Position numbers and translations under genes: made by a program. DNA of 64,000 nucleotides from an uncultured delta proteobacterium. GTDB lineage: Bacteria; Bdellovibrionota; FAC87; UBA2466. The stretch is from positions 288,001-352,000 of the forward strand of contig CAVZSV010000005.1 of assembly GCA_963778115.1 (NCBI GenBank). Reading direction: 5' to 3'. The notes under the pieces were generated by a model, which was given only the letters and a program-made list of their open reading frames with translations, made no database searches and was not told the origin of the DNA. Of this stretch, positions 10,216-19,053 are shown piece by piece. Positions within the stretch are counted from its first letter, which is position 1, and every line of letters begins with the position of its first letter.

Positions 10216-10695
10216 ATGGAATACGAAGAGGTGATTAAGAAGTTGAATCTGGAGCCTCTCCCCGTGGAAGGCGGTTATTTTAGAAGATTCTACGAGTCTG
10301 AATTTCTCCATTCCGATCAAAGACCCCACGCCAGTGCGATCCACTATCTAGTGACTCGCCAAAGTTTTTCTAGCCTTCATCGTCTGAAGACCGCGGAAGA
10401 GATCTTTATCTTTTGCGCCGGGGATCCCGTGGAGCAGATTCAACTATCCCATCATGGAATTGAACACTACCGAATGGGAACCAAGCTGCAATCCAACCAC
10501 CGGACTCAAGTCGTAGTCCCAGCCAATCGATGGCAAGGAACCAAATTGGTCTCAGGAGGTACGTGGGCTCTATTATGTACGATCGTGGTGCCCGCTTATC
10601 TTCCCCAAGACTGTGAATTTGCCAACCGCGAAGAACTTATTAGTCTATTTCCGAAGCACGAGAAGGTGATCAAAGATTTCACTTACGAGTCTTAG
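10216..10695 (+). CDS. cupin domain protein (DUF985/Cupin_5)
   Basis: ATG 10216 after AAGGAGG; LNLEPLPVEGGYFRR, SAIHYL, HRL, QVVVPANRWQG. Confidence 0.9.
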   Translation: MEYEEVIKKLNLEPLPVEGGYFRRFYESEFLHSDQRPHASAIHYLVTRQSFSSLHRLKTAEEIFIFCAGDPVEQIQLSHHGIEHYRMGTKLQSNHRTQVVVPANRWQGTKLVSGGTWALLCTIVVPAYLPQDCEFANREELISLFPKHEKVIKDFTYES

Positions 10696-12458
10696 TCTCT
10701 TCTTTTCATCACTTCGAGCGATCCCAGAGCTAGGCAGGGGCGATAGTGCTCCGTGAGATACGACCAAACCACGGGCAAACGCATGCGGTTATTAATCTCT
10801 CTATTCACGGGAGTAGAACTTAGGGCATGAGAGATAATATAGAGAGGTTTTTGAGTTTCCAGATTACCAACGATCTCTTTTTGCGACGAATTCGTCGAAC
10901 CCAAGGAGGTCATGAGATACTTCGTGCAGGAAGGTTTTCGAAGCAGGTAGTACCACGCGGGCTCGTCATCAAAAATAAAAAGACAGCTCTGGGAAGCAAG
11001 TAATGGGGAAAGCACGTCTACGACCCTGCTTTCGTCGGCCTGAAGAAAAAGAGCGTCATTCCAGCCGAGTTCTTGGTGCCATAAACGCAGGGAGGAAAAT
11101 AACCCGGGAGCGAAAAGAGCATAGCTTCCGGCCTGGAAAAGGCCTACGACAACGATGACTCCGGCTAAAAAGGATAACGTGATCTGACGCCATGAGGGAT
11201 ATTGCTCGAGGATTCTCCAACCCAAAAAGCCAATTCCAAAAAAGGCGAACGCCGAAGCATACTTCATATGATTCAAATTGAGCTGGGCAAAAGCGCTTCT
11301 AAAATAAAACAGGCTTGCCGCTACAAAGAACAGATGAAGAGAGACCAAAGAAGTAGGGGTTTTCCAATACGATTTAGCTAATGAAGCGAGACTAAAACTT
11401 TGAATCCCGATGAGTAGGATAGGAAGGCCATAGCGCCACGACGAGATAGCAAACGGGGGATATCTATCTCCGAAAAAAGCATCCCGGAATTGGACTTGAA
11501 AGCGAAATTGTTCCAGAAAAGCTGCTGCTTCTTTACTTCCGACTATTAAAAAAGCGGTAAGGGCCGCCGAGAGAAGGCCTAAGATCCAGTAGCGGATAGG
11601 GATTGCTCGTCCCATTGCCATACCCAAGACGGAAGCCGCCAAAAGATAAGCCCCTCGATCGATGGCGTAAGCAAAAGTAATGACGATCCAAACCCCGGCT
11701 AACCACGCCCATAAACGAGACCCGGTAAGGGCTAAGATCCAAAGAGAGGCACCAATAAGAAAGAAAGCATCTCGATCGTAGAGCAGTTCAAAATGTCTAT
11801 CGCAGATTAAGTGAATCGCCCAGAGGATAGTCACCAGGAGCAGTGCACTAAAGTTACCTCGGATGCTGCTGACGAAAATAAAAAGCGCTGCGAGAAACAG
11901 AGTAAAGGACCAGGGGATAGCCCCCCAAAAAATAGCGCGCAAAAGTCTATCGCATCCAATGGATGGTTGGGAGCCCCATGCAAGCGCGGTCGCTAGACCG
12001 CTTCGCAGTACGCCGTGGCTAAAATAGATGCCGCTCCACAAATGGTGCGTTGCTTTCCATTGATAGGCGCCTGCCAGGCGTTCTCCTTCGTGAAAAAGAT
12101 CAAGGCGACCAAGCGGAGAATCGAAAAATACCGTGGCGATGGTCGCTGTCAAAGCCCATAGCAGGAGCAGCAAGAAAAAAAGTGAAACCGCGCCACTTTT
12201 GACAGCTATCGCAGGATTACTAACTTCGGGAAAGCTCCGCTGGCAAAAAAGTCCCGCTATTCCCCAGAAAAACACTAATGCCAAATACCTCCACCAGTTC
12301 GTGGCGGGAAGATAGTGAGAAAGCATGGCCGGCCCTACGATAAACTGGGGATTTGAAAACGGCAGCGAGAGGTGTTGATAGAAAATCACTCCAAGCAGGA
12401 TTAGGACGACGGGGACCAGAAAGGAAAGTCCGCGGCCTGTCCGCGTCAAGGATGGCAT
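10692..12458 (-). CDS. polytopic membrane protein, probable GT-C fold glycosyltransferase
   Basis: About 12 TM segments, DLFHEGE after the N-terminal TMs, soluble C-terminal domain (FDDEPAWYYLLRKPS). Confidence 0.55.
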   Translation of the reverse strand: MPSLTRTGRGLSFLVPVVLILLGVIFYQHLSLPFSNPQFIVGPAMLSHYLPATNWWRYLALVFFWGIAGLFCQRSFPEVSNPAIAVKSGAVSLFFLLLLLWALTATIATVFFDSPLGRLDLFHEGERLAGAYQWKATHHLWSGIYFSHGVLRSGLATALAWGSQPSIGCDRLLRAIFWGAIPWSFTLFLAALFIFVSSIRGNFSALLLVTILWAIHLICDRHFELLYDRDAFFLIGASLWILALTGSRLWAWLAGVWIVITFAYAIDRGAYLLAASVLGMAMGRAIPIRYWILGLLSAALTAFLIVGSKEAAAFLEQFRFQVQFRDAFFGDRYPPFAISSWRYGLPILLIGIQSFSLASLAKSYWKTPTSLVSLHLFFVAASLFYFRSAFAQLNLNHMKYASAFAFFGIGFLGWRILEQYPSWRQITLSFLAGVIVVVGLFQAGSYALFAPGLFSSLRLWHQELGWNDALFLQADESRVVDVLSPLLASQSCLFIFDDEPAWYYLLRKPSCTKYLMTSLGSTNSSQKEIVGNLETQKPLYIISHALSSTPVNREINNRMRLPVVWSYLTEHYRPCLALGSLEVMKRRD

Positions 12459-12481
12459 AGTTTAATTTACCACGGGATGAA

Positions 12482-13213
12482 CTAGTTGGAATCTACAATG
12501 CTCATCTCGTGATTCGACAGATTCACCATGACGTTATGGGGCTTTACGGAAAGAAAGACTTGATCGTCATTAAGAAACCGGGCTTGCTCCGGTAGCAAAT
12601 CGATAGTGAGCGTAAGCTCATGTAAGCTGGGCCCCAGTTCTCGGTTCAAGCGAAAGCCGACTCGTTGTATCCTACCGCCAAATATTTCCATCGCACGTCG
12701 CTTAAGAGCATTTCGCCTGTCGTTAAATAGGGTAATTAACTTTGAGGTGAGGGGATTTGATTTTCCTAACTCAAAGAGTAAATCGCTTAGGATCTCACCC
12801 TCAAGGGTTTGCATGCGCAGCACGTTTCGGCGACTGGGGACCTCTTCGACCCAGGGAATATGGAACGAGTCAGGGCCCGGAAATTCCAACGCTTTAAGCA
12901 TCTTCATTTCAAAGAGGGGTAGCTTTGCGCCTTCCGCAAGATACTTACGCACTTCGTTACTGCCGTCGGCAAAGATGACTTTAAAGACATTGGCTTCGCC
13001 CCCCTCCCCGAGGTAGATCATTTTCGAATTTGCCGCAAGACCAAGCCCATCTGCAATCCTAGGATCGGTGATAGTTTGGCCGACGACGGCCAAGCCGCAG
13101 GTGAAAACCCCGGGCTCCGCCTCACCCGTACTGGCCTGCGAGACGCAGGGGGTAATAAAAAGTCCAATCATTAATACAACTAATACAGCGAACGGGGGCT
13201 TCATTTTCTCCAC
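12482..13213 (-). CDS. secreted protein with degenerate protein-kinase-like domain
   Basis: Signal peptide; YLGEGGEANVFKV (Gly loop), EVRK, LFEMKML, LSVKPHNVMV, IVDSN. Confidence 0.55.
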   Translation of the reverse strand: MEKMKPPFAVLVVLMIGLFITPCVSQASTGEAEPGVFTCGLAVVGQTITDPRIADGLGLAANSKMIYLGEGGEANVFKVIFADGSNEVRKYLAEGAKLPLFEMKMLKALEFPGPDSFHIPWVEEVPSRRNVLRMQTLEGEILSDLLFELGKSNPLTSKLITLFNDRRNALKRRAMEIFGGRIQRVGFRLNRELGPSLHELTLTIDLLPEQARFLNDDQVFLSVKPHNVMVNLSNHEMSIVDSN

Positions 13214-13364
13214 CTATTCTTGAGGGGTGACACCCTAGCAGGAGCGATTTACCCGCGCATTAATAATATTTTGCTAACCATATCCTAACGGACAGAACGA
13301 TTGTTCCCCAACGAACCCCGTGATAACCCTCCTCCCGTTGCTTTAGGGAGTATGCGGAGGTTCA

Positions 13365-14813
13365 ATGGTCCTTAGACTGGCCCTTTTTATCGTCGGTTGC
13401 GGTATGTTTCTTTCTAGCACTATGCTTGCAGCGACGGCCGCGACCTCAGCTAACCTGACCGCGCCGCTATGCCAAGTTCTCGTCGCTAAGAAATCGAACT
13501 GGGTGGTCAAAGCCCTGCGCTGGGGCGGGCTGCAGGTAGGATACGATTTCGGGCTTCCACAATACATCAGTAAACGTCGAGTGCCCGAGGCGCTAGTGGC
13601 CGATATCACGAGCCACTCCCTCCCCACGAGGGACAACGACGTACGCAAAGTCGAACTAATCTCTCAAGGGCAAACGGTTTCTTTCACTGTTGATCTTCTC
13701 GATGCGGAAGGGGCGATTGTGGCGGCCGTGCACTCGCTTATCGCAGCAGCTCCGGTATCATTGCCTGAAGCACGTGCTGCGAACTTAAGGTACGGCCAAT
13801 CTGTGGCGAGTGAACGGCGTCATTATACGGAAAATGTGCTTCATACCTTCAGAGTTCTGCGTTCCGATCCGTTGGGTTCCTTCGGAGTGTTGTTTCAATC
13901 AGGCACGTTATTGAGCTTGTGGAAATTTGACGATAAGACCGGCGGGCCCAACATCAAGGCTAAGTTGATGGGCAAGCTTGTGAATGAGGGGAAACAGGTC
14001 GAATTTCTTGTTTCGCTCGAACCCCATTCGCCGATCGAGAGGGGGCAATTGCTCCGTCATCTAGAGGAAAAGTTAAGCAAGTCTTATCGTGGTGCCCCCC
14101 ATTCGGTAACCGTGGTGGGCCATCCACAGCGGCCCAGAGAATCGTTTGGCGAACGATTAGGAATTTGGCTAAAGCAGATGGGGCAGCCGCAACTCCAAAC
14201 TGCCTCTTTCTTAGAAAGGCTGGAAGCCCAGTTACGTCTTCTCTCGCACAAGCAAGTAGTGGCGCAATGGTGGCAGAAGCATGTTGCTGATAATTTGAAG
14301 ACGGATCATGCTTATCTTTCCTACCTGAATGCTTCTATAGGAGGAGCGCAATCAAGGCGCTGGCCAGAAGCGGGTGCACTTGATCCGAATATCGAGACCC
14401 GAAGTTTTATCCCCTTCGACTCGCTAACGGATTTGGCCACCTATCTTGCCAGTACTCCGGGAAGTGCGTCGATCAAAGCAGAAGCGGTGGCGGCATTCGA
14501 AAGTGCTTACGAAACGCTTCAAGACTCCCTGGCTGCTGAAGTGATTCCCATCGAACTAGTTGCTCCTTTTCTTCTTCGGTTAAACGATAAGGTAGGGATT
14601 CTTATCCAGGGGAAGTGGTGGACTACCGCGGGGCTAGCCGGGCAGATCGAACGGGAAGGAGAGATTGTGGTGCGTCGGAGCAAGGGAAAACCTGAGGAGT
14701 TGGGACTTCCTGATTACGTAGTCGCGCGTGTGTTTGCGTTGGAAGGGGGGGTGACGCAGTCGCAGATTCGCGGCGTTGCCCGGTCATTGAGGGAAAGCTT
14801 AGAGATTGAGTAG
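13365..14813 (+). CDS. hypothetical secreted protein
   Basis: 482 aa ORF, GGAGG RBS, signal-peptide-like N-terminus; no family recognised. Confidence 0.7.
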   Translation: MVLRLALFIVGCGMFLSSTMLAATAATSANLTAPLCQVLVAKKSNWVVKALRWGGLQVGYDFGLPQYISKRRVPEALVADITSHSLPTRDNDVRKVELISQGQTVSFTVDLLDAEGAIVAAVHSLIAAAPVSLPEARAANLRYGQSVASERRHYTENVLHTFRVLRSDPLGSFGVLFQSGTLLSLWKFDDKTGGPNIKAKLMGKLVNEGKQVEFLVSLEPHSPIERGQLLRHLEEKLSKSYRGAPHSVTVVGHPQRPRESFGERLGIWLKQMGQPQLQTASFLERLEAQLRLLSHKQVVAQWWQKHVADNLKTDHAYLSYLNASIGGAQSRRWPEAGALDPNIETRSFIPFDSLTDLATYLASTPGSASIKAEAVAAFESAYETLQDSLAAEVIPIELVAPFLLRLNDKVGILIQGKWWTTAGLAGQIEREGEIVVRRSKGKPEELGLPDYVVARVFALEGGVTQSQIRGVARSLRESLEIE

Positions 14814-14857
14814 TCGTGGAGTGGGGTAGGGGCTAGTCTTAAGATTGATTATTGAGC

Positions 14858-14880
14858 ACCTTTTGCCTTCGGCGAAAGGT
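14858..14880. terminator. hairpin between convergent CDS and tRNA
   Basis: ACCTTTTGCC-TTC-GGCGAAAGGT. Confidence 0.5.
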
Positions 14881-14881
14881 A

Positions 14882-14953
14882 TTGGGGCGGGAGGATTCGA
14901 ACCTCCGAATCCTGGATTCAAAGTCCAGTGTCTTACCGCTTGACGACGCCCCA
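14882..14953 (-). tRNA. tRNA-Gln(TTG)
   Basis: TGGGGCG/CGCCCCA acceptor stem, CTGGA-CTTTGAA-TCCAG anticodon arm, GGAGG-TTCGAAT-CCTCC T arm; CCA not encoded. Confidence 0.97.
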
Positions 14954-15034
14954 GTGAAAATAGCGATTATTATCCATGTTTACAGGCATTTGTCGCCTAC
15001 AAAATTGAATTGATTCATGCCCCCCTAATTTGCT

Positions 15035-15532
15035 ATGTTCGGCACGCCTAAACGGGCATCGGCCCCGACGAACTTACAAGGACTTTCAGACTTCATGAAG
15101 CTGGATCGCGATAGTACCCTCGGAAAATTGACGCAAAGTTGGGTTCCCACGTTGGTCCTCTGTTACGCTTTTTCTGCGACTACTTTAAAGGCTTATCGTT
15201 ATCATGAGACCTTTGGAGCGGGGAATTACTACTTGGATGTCTATTATGACGTTAATCCCCGAGGCTATTTCCAGAAGGGACGTTTGGAGCAGAAGATCCG
15301 GTTCAACGGTTTTTTCATTAAGGGAAAAAACGAAGCTTCTATTTCGGGGTACTTCACCCGAACGGCAGGTCACCAGATCTATCAATTTGATTCCTCTGAA
15401 GGACGCTTCGATGGAAAACTAGAAGCCAGATCTAGCGGTAGCGGCTGTGAGCCCACTTTAAATTTCCAATGGCAGCCACAAGGAGAAGCCCTCGAAACGG
15501 GATCTCTACCCGCCGGCTTCTGCATCAACTAG
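15035..15532 (+). CDS. hypothetical protein
   Basis: 165 aa ORF filling the gap after the tRNA; start uncertain. Confidence 0.55.
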   Translation: MFGTPKRASAPTNLQGLSDFMKLDRDSTLGKLTQSWVPTLVLCYAFSATTLKAYRYHETFGAGNYYLDVYYDVNPRGYFQKGRLEQKIRFNGFFIKGKNEASISGYFTRTAGHQIYQFDSSEGRFDGKLEARSSGSGCEPTLNFQWQPQGEALETGSLPAGFCIN

Positions 15533-15535
15533 ACT

Positions 15536-15562
15536 ACAAGAAGGTAGGCCGTACCTTCTTGT
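15536..15562. repeat. palindromic element (REP-like or bidirectional terminator), copy 1
   Basis: ACAAGAAGGTA-GGCCG-TACCTTCTTGT between convergent genes. Confidence 0.75.
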
Positions 15563-15564
15563 GG

Positions 15565-17151
15565 TTACTTCGGATCTTCCAAGAGGATCGAAGCCTCCTG
15601 AGCCCTCGGATATTCCAAAGCGTCGATGGAGAAATTTTTCACGTAGGGTTTTACTACCATCTCCACCGTCTCTTGAAATAACGGGATGATTGCCGTGTCT
15701 TCTTCAAGAAGTAACTTTTGAGCTTCTTTGTAGATAGCCTGTCTTTCGCGAGTCGTCTGGCTTTTAGCTCCCGCCAAGATGAGGCCGTCATAGGTCTTGT
15801 TCTTCCAATGAGTGTTATTGTTTCCGCTGGTCGAGGTAAAGAGATCTAAGAAATTATGAGGGTCTGGATAGTCGGCTCCCCATCCCATTCGAAAGAGCTG
15901 GGGCGTATTGTGATCTAACGTATCTAAGAAGACTTTCCACTCTTGGGGGACGATCTCTATGTTGTTAATGCCCAGGACCGATTTCCAAGCATACTGGAGT
16001 TTTTCAGCGACCAGCTTATTCATCTCCAAAGTGTCGTACATTAGCGTTACGGGAGGAAAGCCCTTGCCCTCGGGGTAGCCTGCCTGAGCCAAGTATGCTT
16101 TTGCTTTCTTTGCGTCGAAATCCAGTCCTACGTCGGGTTCATAGCCAAACATGCCTTTGGGAACCCAGGACTTGGTGGCGAGCTTTCCTCCGCGAAGAGC
16201 GTTGACGACGTCCGCGCGGTTGATGGCATGTGCAAACGCTTTTCGAACGAGCACATTATCGAAAGGTTTTTTCTCCACGTTGAAGCCGTAATAGTAGCCG
16301 CGCAAGATGGGTTGACTGATATAGTCTGGAGAAGCTTTTACGCGATCGAGATCTAAAGAGGGAATTCGAAGGGCAACATCTAATTGTCCCTGATCGTACA
16401 TCGCAAGAGCCGTCGAATCTTCTTTCACGATGTAGAAGACGACCTTGGCGATACTAGGTTTGGGACCGTAGTAATAGGGATTGGGTTCCAGAGTTAGTTG
16501 AGATTCGTGCTTCCATTCGGTTAAGCGATAAGGGCCCGTACTTCTTAGTTGAGGCGGCTCCGTGAATTGCGTCGGACTGGCTAAAATAACATCCTCGCGC
16601 TGGGGGAGTGTCACGGTGAAGGCTGGGATATGGAGAAAGTAACTCGCCGGATACTTAAGTTTCACTTCAACGGTCTTGTCATCGAGAGCATGGATTGCGA
16701 CCTTATCAAATTCTTTGATGGTTCCTTGATTAAACTCCTTGGCTCCCACGACATCATAAAGAAAATACGCGTATTCCGCGGCCTGCTTGGGGTCTAAGAG
16801 CCGCTTCCACCCGTAGACAAAGTCTTTGGCTTTGACCGCAACCCCGTCGCTCCATTTGGCATCTCGTAAGTGAAAGGTATAGGTCATGCCGTCCGGGGAG
16901 ATGTCCCATTTTTCGGCAAGGGCGGGAACGATATTGAGTTTGGAGTCCTGTTTGGTCAAACCTTCTTGGAGCAAGTAGATAGCCGAAATAGAAACGTGAT
17001 CTTTTGCCAGAGTCCAATCGAGAGTTGGCGGATCCCCTTCGAGCGGCAATCGCAGAACGTTAGTTCGGGTATTGGACTTTCGTACGCAGGCGGTACTCGC
17101 CATGACGAATATCAGCGCCGAAAGGATAATGTTCTTGGTATTGCATTTCAT
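15565..17151 (-). CDS. oppA: oligopeptide ABC transporter substrate-binding lipoprotein
   Basis: Lipobox STAC; PALAEKWDISPDGMTYTFHLRDAKWSDG; TGPYRL; GWGADYPDP. Confidence 0.92.
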   Translation of the reverse strand: MKCNTKNIILSALIFVMASTACVRKSNTRTNVLRLPLEGDPPTLDWTLAKDHVSISAIYLLQEGLTKQDSKLNIVPALAEKWDISPDGMTYTFHLRDAKWSDGVAVKAKDFVYGWKRLLDPKQAAEYAYFLYDVVGAKEFNQGTIKEFDKVAIHALDDKTVEVKLKYPASYFLHIPAFTVTLPQREDVILASPTQFTEPPQLRSTGPYRLTEWKHESQLTLEPNPYYYGPKPSIAKVVFYIVKEDSTALAMYDQGQLDVALRIPSLDLDRVKASPDYISQPILRGYYYGFNVEKKPFDNVLVRKAFAHAINRADVVNALRGGKLATKSWVPKGMFGYEPDVGLDFDAKKAKAYLAQAGYPEGKGFPPVTLMYDTLEMNKLVAEKLQYAWKSVLGINNIEIVPQEWKVFLDTLDHNTPQLFRMGWGADYPDPHNFLDLFTSTSGNNNTHWKNKTYDGLILAGAKSQTTRERQAIYKEAQKLLLEEDTAIIPLFQETVEMVVKPYVKNFSIDALEYPRAQEASILLEDPK

Positions 17152-18017
17152 GCGGCTGCTCCTTTTGGATTAAGGGCATCACTTAATCCATCTCCTAAAA
17201 AGTTAAATGCCAACATAGTAACGAAGATGGCGGCTCCCGGAAAGAGGATCAAATGAGGATGGGACATTAGCCCTCGCCACCCCTCATTCGAAAGCGTCCC
17301 CCAACTTGACAGGGGAGGCTGAACGCCCAACCCCACGAAGCTCAAAAAGGCTTCGTACATAATGTTGGAAGGGATTAAAAACGTCAGGGCGACGAGTAAG
17401 GGGGCTATCAAGTTCGGAAATAGATGCTTAAACCATAAGCTCCCTGAGGAAGCCCCCAAAGCGCGGGCCGCGGTAATGTATTCGGCGTTTAGCAGTTGCA
17501 TCACTTGGCCACGAACTAGGCGGGCGACAGTACATAGACTTTCCAAACTAAGGGCGACCAAAATGCCCACGAGTCCACGACCCACCAAGACATTAAGAAA
17601 GATCATCAGAAGAAGGGTCGGAATCGTATAGAGAAGATCTAAAATTCTCATTAGGAACTTATCCACCCAGCCCCCACAGATTCCAGAAACGGCTCCGTAA
17701 ATACTTCCAAGCAGCAGTCCTGAAAGGGCGGTCACCAGGGCGACGGACATGGAAACCCGGCTTCCCGCTAGAACGCGGCTGAAAAGATCTCTCCCTAAGG
17801 AGTCGGTGCCGAAGACAAATTCACTAGAGGGGCTTCGGACGAGATGCGCGGGGTCCTGGCCGTTGGGATCGTAAGGGGAGATCAAAGGAGCCAGAATCGC
17901 GGCTAAAGAGATGAGTGAAATCAGAACCAGACTCATCATGGATCTCTTGTCACGCAGAAGTTGGCGCCAGGCCCGCATCCAAGGGTTTTGAGAATGAGTT
18001 CTAATGACTGGTTTCAT
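17148..18017 (-). CDS. oppC: oligopeptide ABC transporter permease
   Basis: FGTDSLGRDLFSR, EYITAARALGAS, EAFLSFVGLG, FNFLGDGLSDALNPK. Confidence 0.92.
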   Translation of the reverse strand: MKPVIRTHSQNPWMRAWRQLLRDKRSMMSLVLISLISLAAILAPLISPYDPNGQDPAHLVRSPSSEFVFGTDSLGRDLFSRVLAGSRVSMSVALVTALSGLLLGSIYGAVSGICGGWVDKFLMRILDLLYTIPTLLLMIFLNVLVGRGLVGILVALSLESLCTVARLVRGQVMQLLNAEYITAARALGASSGSLWFKHLFPNLIAPLLVALTFLIPSNIMYEAFLSFVGLGVQPPLSSWGTLSNEGWRGLMSHPHLILFPGAAIFVTMLAFNFLGDGLSDALNPKGAAA

Positions 18018-18027
18018 AATCTTTGCT

Positions 18028-18966
18028 TTACGAAGATTTCATTCTGGGATCCAAAATCGGATAGATGAGATCCACGAATAAATTGATGGCCACCAAGATC
18101 GCCGCGAAAATTAGCGTTGCTCCCATCATCAGGAAAGTGTCTCTATCATTGACCGCATCGATAAAGTGTTTAGCCATCCCTGAGATGGCAAAAAAATGTT
18201 CGGTGATAAAAGAGCCGGTGAGGATACTTGCCGCTATGGGGCCTAGGACCGTCACCAATGGTAGAAGGCTGTTTCGCAAAGCGTGAAAGAAAACGACTCG
18301 CCATTCACTTAGCCCTTTCGCACGTGCCGTTCTGACATAATCGTTTTGGTATTGTTCAATAAGAGATGAGCGGATGAGACGCGCCACGATGGAAGCGGGA
18401 CGTGCCGCCAAGGTAATTACCGGCAAGACATAAGCGGCCGGCGTATCCAGACGTGCCGGCGGCAGCCAATTGAGCATCCGACAGAAAACTAAAACCAAAA
18501 CCGCTCCAATGAGAAAAGTAGGGAGTGCGACTCCTCCCACGGCCATGAAAAGAGAGGCCGAATCCCACCACGAATTGGGTTTAAGGGCGGAGAGAAGTCC
18601 CATGGGAATGCCTATGACGATGGCGGCAAGAAGAGCCAATCCTCCTAAGGAAAGCGATAAGGGAAGTGTCTCAAGCAGGATGTCTCCCACCGGCCGATCG
18701 AGGTATTTCATGCTAACGCCGAAATCCCCGTGAAAGACGATTCCCCCGACGTAGTTTTCGAACTGTTTCCACAAGGGTCTATCTAGTCCGTATTTGGCTT
18801 CCTGGAGTTTTTTGATCTGCGGTGGTTGATACTTTTCGCCGTCAAAAGGGCCGCCGGGTATGGCATGGCCCATAAGGAAAGTCACCAGAGCTACAAAGAA
18901 TAGAGTGACAACAGCTTCAAAGCACTTCTTCCCGAAATGGGAGGCGTACGACAATAATGCTGGCAA
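18028..18966 (-). CDS. oppB: oligopeptide ABC transporter permease
   Basis: IPGGPF, YGLDRPLWKQ, DYVRTARAKGLS, HALRNSLLP, VDLIYPILDPR; TTG start. Confidence 0.92.
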   Translation of the reverse strand: MPALLSYASHFGKKCFEAVVTLFFVALVTFLMGHAIPGGPFDGEKYQPPQIKKLQEAKYGLDRPLWKQFENYVGGIVFHGDFGVSMKYLDRPVGDILLETLPLSLSLGGLALLAAIVIGIPMGLLSALKPNSWWDSASLFMAVGGVALPTFLIGAVLVLVFCRMLNWLPPARLDTPAAYVLPVITLAARPASIVARLIRSSLIEQYQNDYVRTARAKGLSEWRVVFFHALRNSLLPLVTVLGPIAASILTGSFITEHFFAISGMAKHFIDAVNDRDTFLMMGATLIFAAILVAINLFVDLIYPILDPRMKSS

Positions 18967-19053
18967 GTTTTTGTCCCCAACCCAAGACCGACGGCAAACC
19001 CCCCGTAGGTCTCATCAAACATTTCTGATAGGCTTGCTAGGCAGTCCTATCAA

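Noticed and set aside
10692..14953. Genomic island integrated at tRNA-Gln
   Set aside because: Orphan genes lie downstream of the tRNA, but I found no integrase and no duplicate of the tRNA 3' end
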